NCBI GenBank assembly: GCA_965230915.1
Contig: OZ246395.1
Location: 12,019-76,018, forward strand
DNA from: an uncultured Candidatus Saccharibacteria bacterium
GTDB lineage: Bacteria; Patescibacteriota; WWE3; 2-01-FULL-39-13
Reading direction: 5' to 3'
DNA length: 64,000 nucleotides
The notes below the pieces were generated by a model that was not told the origin of the DNA, made no database searches, and saw nothing but the letters and a program-made list of their open reading frames with translations. Below, piece by piece: positions 60,730 to 64,000 of this stretch. Made by a program: the position numbers and the translations under genes. How positions within the stretch are numbered: the stretch's first letter is position 1; each line of letters starts with the position of its first letter.

Positions 60730-61422
60730 TTAGAAAGGGTTGAGTAGGCTGTCAACAACACTCTGGGTTACTTCCCAAGAATAACCCTTACCAGCAAGGT
60801 AACGAGCTAATTTAATTTTGAGTTCTTTTGGGTCAGAAATGCGGTTTTGTAGAAGCCTTAGCTTCTTTTCGGCAACAGCATGTGCCCTTGATTCTTCAGA
60901 CTCTGAGCTTAGATTTCCTAATATATCGGAAATTAAAGGTTGTGGAATTCCCTTTGACTGTAGTTCTGCTCGAATTGCATTTTTGCTTTTGGCATTTTTT
61001 GTGGAGGTTCTTTGGGTTACCAGCCAATTTGCGAATTCTTCATCGTTTATATAATTAAGGTTTTTTAAGGTGGAGATAATCTCATCAAGTAATTTAGATG
61101 TATCGAGGTTCTTATATTCGGCGGTTTCTTTGACTTGTGCGTAAAGCTTCTTTTTTAGATATTGGTGAATTTCGCGTTCGCTATGCGGACGACTACCTAA
61201 AAATCTTAAAACTGCGCTATTTAATTTACCTTTAAGGCTTTTGTATAAGAGATCTGTTAACTTGGGTTGGTCGAGAATATCCGCAACAGCAAGCCGGGAC
61301 TCGAGCAAGTCGTTCCCGGATATGCTGCAGAGAAATTTATTATCAACAAAAATCTGATATAGATCTTTGTTATTAGTCGAGAGTGATATCTTCGTTACTT
61401 GCACTTGATTTGCCAGAGGCAC
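60730..61422 (-). CDS. recX: RecA regulator RecX
   Basis: Three-helix-repeat protein immediately downstream of recA; the start may be later than the track start (50-nt overlap with recA). Confidence 0.72.
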   Translation of the reverse strand: MPLANQVQVTKISLSTNNKDLYQIFVDNKFLCSISGNDLLESRLAVADILDQPKLTDLLYKSLKGKLNSAVLRFLGSRPHSEREIHQYLKKKLYAQVKETAEYKNLDTSKLLDEIISTLKNLNYINDEEFANWLVTQRTSTKNAKSKNAIRAELQSKGIPQPLISDILGNLSSESEESRAHAVAEKKLRLLQNRISDPKELKIKLARYLAGKGYSWEVTQSVVDSLLNPF

Positions 61423-62449
61423 TCTTAAATGACTTGTCTTTTAGGTTGGCGTAAATCTGAGTTTCAATCTCTTTCGAAACTTTAGGGTTTTCTTCCAAAT
61501 ATTTTTTGGTGTTTTCGCGGCCTTGTCCGATGTTTTCACCTTTATATTTAAACCATGCGCCCGATGCTTCGATTAGTCCTTGGTCGATTGCTGCATCTAG
61601 TATGCTTCCTGAGATACTTATTCCTTTTCCGAAGATAAGGTCGAATTCAGCAACTTTAAATGGTGGTGCAACCTTGTTTTTTACGATTTTAACTTTGGTT
61701 CTGCTACCGATTGTTTCACCTTTATCGGTAATCGCTAAAGTTTTACGAATATCCATGCGGACTGATGCATAGAATTTTAGCGAGCGTCCACCAGTTGTTG
61801 TTTCTGGGTTTCCGAACATGACACCAATTTTTTCACGAAGTTGATTAATAAAGATGACAGTTACATTTGTTCTGCTTGTGACCCCCGTGATTTTTCTAAG
61901 GGCTTGGCTCATAAGTCTTGCTTGTAGTCCCATATGTGAGTCGCCCATTTCGCCTTCGATTTCGGCGCGCGGGGTTAAAGCAGCGACAGAGTCGATAACT
62001 ACAACATCTAAGGCTCCGCTACGGATAAGTGTTTCTGTAATTTCTAAAGCTTGTTCTCCATTATCAGGTTGAGAAATATACATTTCTTCGACATTAACAC
62101 CTAAGTCTTTTGCATATCCAGGGTCGAATGCATGTTCTGCGTCAATAAATGCAGCTTTACCTCCCATTTTTTGCGCTTGAGAAACAATGCTAAGCGCCAA
62201 TGTTGTTTTACCGCTTGATTCAGGACCGTATATTTCTATGATACGTCCACGTGGAACTCCGCCAACTCCTAACGCAATATCTAAAGTGAGTGATCCAGTT
62301 GGAATAACCTTGATATCTTCGGCGGGATTATCTCCCATCTTCATAATCGAACCTTTTCCATATGTTTTTTCTATCTGACTTATTGCAGATTTAAGTGCGT
62401 CTAACTTGTTGTCTTGTTTTACTGGTGTTTCAGTTTTTGTTTTAGGCAT
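61373..62449 (-). CDS. recA: recombinase RecA
   Basis: [12 protein letters not shown] Walker A, L1/L2 loops. Confidence 0.97.
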   Translation of the reverse strand: MPKTKTETPVKQDNKLDALKSAISQIEKTYGKGSIMKMGDNPAEDIKVIPTGSLTLDIALGVGGVPRGRIIEIYGPESSGKTTLALSIVSQAQKMGGKAAFIDAEHAFDPGYAKDLGVNVEEMYISQPDNGEQALEITETLIRSGALDVVVIDSVAALTPRAEIEGEMGDSHMGLQARLMSQALRKITGVTSRTNVTVIFINQLREKIGVMFGNPETTTGGRSLKFYASVRMDIRKTLAITDKGETIGSRTKVKIVKNKVAPPFKVAEFDLIFGKGISISGSILDAAIDQGLIEASGAWFKYKGENIGQGRENTKKYLEENPKVSKEIETQIYANLKDKSFKSASGKSSASNEDITLD

Positions 62450-62642
62450 AGTTTTTTAAATATAACTCATAAACATTAAATAAACATAAACTTTTTATTT
62501 TCAAATTGGAACCGAAAATTAAACGGAACATTGTTCGGGTTAGTTTCGGTATAATTATTAAAAATTATCACAATAAAAAAGTTTGCACAACCCAAACTTT
62601 TAAACAGTTGCATTTTGTTTTTACGGCTATATAGTAATTAGT

Positions 62643-62906
62643 ATGATTACAATAATAGATTACTACGCAGACTGGTGCGGACCATGTCAAATAATTAGTC
62701 CAACTCTTGAAAAACTTGAACAAGAGTATGCTGGAAAATTAAAGGTAGAAAAGGTTGATGTAGATGCTCAGCCAGATCTTGCGCAACAACAAGGAGTTAT
62801 GAGTATTCCAACTTTAGCTCTTATAAAAGATGGAAAAGAAGTAGACCGTAAAATCGGATTAGTTACCGAGCCGGTTTTAAAGAGCTGGATCGACGCAAAT
62901 CTTTAA
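62643..62906 (+). CDS. trxA: thioredoxin (short form)
   Basis: WCGPC active site; 87 aa. Confidence 0.85.
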   Translation: MITIIDYYADWCGPCQIISPTLEKLEQEYAGKLKVEKVDVDAQPDLAQQQGVMSIPTLALIKDGKEVDRKIGLVTEPVLKSWIDANL

Positions 62907-62911
62907 TTAAT

Positions 62912-63919
62912 ATGAATATCGCAATAAATGGATTTGGCCGAATTGGTCGTGCAACTTTTAAACTTTTGCTCGACAAAAAAGCAGCAGGAGAAGACATTAA
63001 TATTGTTGCAATTAATGATTTAGGTTCCATCGAATCATTAGCTTACTTATTAAAATACGACACAGTATATGGTCGATACGAAAAAATGGTTGAACATAAA
63101 GAAGGTTTATTAATTGTTGATGGGGTTGAATACAAAATGCTTGCGATTAAAGAGCCACTTCAACTTCCATGGAAAGATCTAAATGTAGATATCGTTATTG
63201 AGTGCACCGGAATATTTACCGAATCAGAAAAGGCACAACAACACATTACCGCCGGAGCAAAGAAATTGGTTCTATCGGCTCCTGCAAAAGATGATGGATT
63301 CGTTACAAGAGTATTTGGATCAGATGTTATGGATCAAGGAGCAACTCTAGTTTCAAATGCTTCATGTACAACAAACAACATAACTCCTGTTATTAGAATT
63401 TTGAACGATGCATTTGGAGTAGAAAAAGCTGTTTTAACAACTGTTCATGCATATACTGCTTCTCAGTCAATTGTTGACGGGCCAAGCAAAAAAGATTTAC
63501 GCGAAGGACGAGCTGCTGCAATGAGTATTATTCCGTCATCAACCGGAGCTGCAAAAGCTACGGGTAAGGCAATGCCTACAATGAATGGTATTTTTGATGG
63601 AATTTCTTTGAGAGTGCCTGTAGTTTGCGGATCAATTTCTGACATTACAGCTGTTCTTAAAAAAGACGTAACAGCAGAAGAAGTTAATGCTGCATTAAAA
63701 GCTGCCTCAGAACGCGAAGACATGAAGCATATTGTTATGTATACAGAAGAGCCTTTAGTTTCACGAGATATTATAAAGACATCATATTCAGCAATAGTAG
63801 ACGGAGAAATGACCCGCGTAGTAGGTGGAAATTTAGTAAAAGTTTTGGCCTGGTACGATAACGAATGGGGATATTCAAATAGACTTGTCGAAATGGCTAT
63901 ATATATGTGTAAGAGCTAA
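62912..63919 (+). CDS. gap: glyceraldehyde-3-phosphate dehydrogenase
   Basis: NGFGRIGR NAD-binding, ASCTTN catalytic Cys. Confidence 0.93.
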   Translation: MNIAINGFGRIGRATFKLLLDKKAAGEDINIVAINDLGSIESLAYLLKYDTVYGRYEKMVEHKEGLLIVDGVEYKMLAIKEPLQLPWKDLNVDIVIECTGIFTESEKAQQHITAGAKKLVLSAPAKDDGFVTRVFGSDVMDQGATLVSNASCTTNNITPVIRILNDAFGVEKAVLTTVHAYTASQSIVDGPSKKDLREGRAAAMSIIPSSTGAAKATGKAMPTMNGIFDGISLRVPVVCGSISDITAVLKKDVTAEEVNAALKAASEREDMKHIVMYTEEPLVSRDIIKTSYSAIVDGEMTRVVGGNLVKVLAWYDNEWGYSNRLVEMAIYMCKS

Positions 63920-63921
63920 TT

Positions 63922-64000
63922 ATGGCTAAACGCTATTTAGTAACACCACGAGAGCAAAGATGCATCGGATGTAGACTCTGCGTTTTAGCAGCAGCTAGAT
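63922..64000 (+). CDS. partial ORF (5' end) with CxxCxxC 4Fe-4S-type motif
   Basis: MAKRYLVTPREQRCIGCRLC...; truncated by the window edge. Confidence 0.3.
   Translation, partial: MAKRYLVTPREQRCIGCRLCVLAAAR

Noticed and set aside
1-64000. Possibility of an alternative genetic code (UGA recoding, as in some CPR lineages)
   Set aside because: Conserved genes (groEL, dnaA, recA, ftsH, valS, nrdJ) translate full-length in the standard table without in-frame TGA interruptions
1-64000. CRISPR arrays or other tandem repeat arrays
   Set aside because: No regularly spaced direct repeats found on reading; the only notable repeat-like elements are isolated hairpins

Overview
The window reads as a low-GC, small-genome bacterial chromosome with a Candidate Phyla Radiation (Patescibacteria/Saccharibacteria-like) character. 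That assignment is inference: conserved enzymes are compact (ValRS of 743 aa, TlyA without an S4 domain), there are many membrane-anchored or secreted hypothetical proteins, the genetic code is standard, and there are no biosynthetic operons. Housekeeping content is clear. It includes two tRNAs at the 5' end (a partial tRNA and tRNA-Phe), groES-groEL, and the replication-origin neighbourhood. That neighbourhood has rpmH-rnpA-yidD-yidC-jag-dnaN on the minus strand, divergent from dnaA, with DnaA boxes on both sides of dnaA. Further housekeeping genes are valS, tlyA, rplY, an RNase H, tmRNA with smpB, comF, ftsH, nrdR with a class II RNR, hup, rny, recX-recA, trx and gap. Two envelope-associated loci stand out. 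The first (6115..12335) is a tightly coupled four-gene operon. It encodes a TM/beta-propeller protein, a PrgI/VirB3-like protein fused to a long disordered/coiled-coil stalk and a C-terminal beta-sandwich, and a VirB4/TrsE-family ATPase. An N-terminal VirB4-like piece sits in the same frame, separated from the ATPase by a single TAA. The second (28381..43180) is a mega-locus. It contains a 1326-aa protein with an internal TM cluster and a C-terminal M23 (LytM) peptidase, translationally coupled to a 341-aa anchored protein, followed by a 1281-aa Cys-rich secreted protein with a weak SLT-like tail. It also contains a VirB6-like polytopic protein, a coiled-coil SpoIID-domain protein, and four paralogous VirB2/TrbC-like two-helix pilin-type proteins, one of them fused behind a large extracellular domain. 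Together these look like a Gram-positive-style type IV secretion / cell-wall-breaching apparatus, possibly used for episymbiotic host attachment or DNA transfer. This mega-locus is the best candidate for an undescribed system. Other points of interest are a SipW-type signal peptidase with a TasA-like substrate, two tandem GT-C glycosyltransferase-like proteins, and the displacement of dnaN from dnaA.
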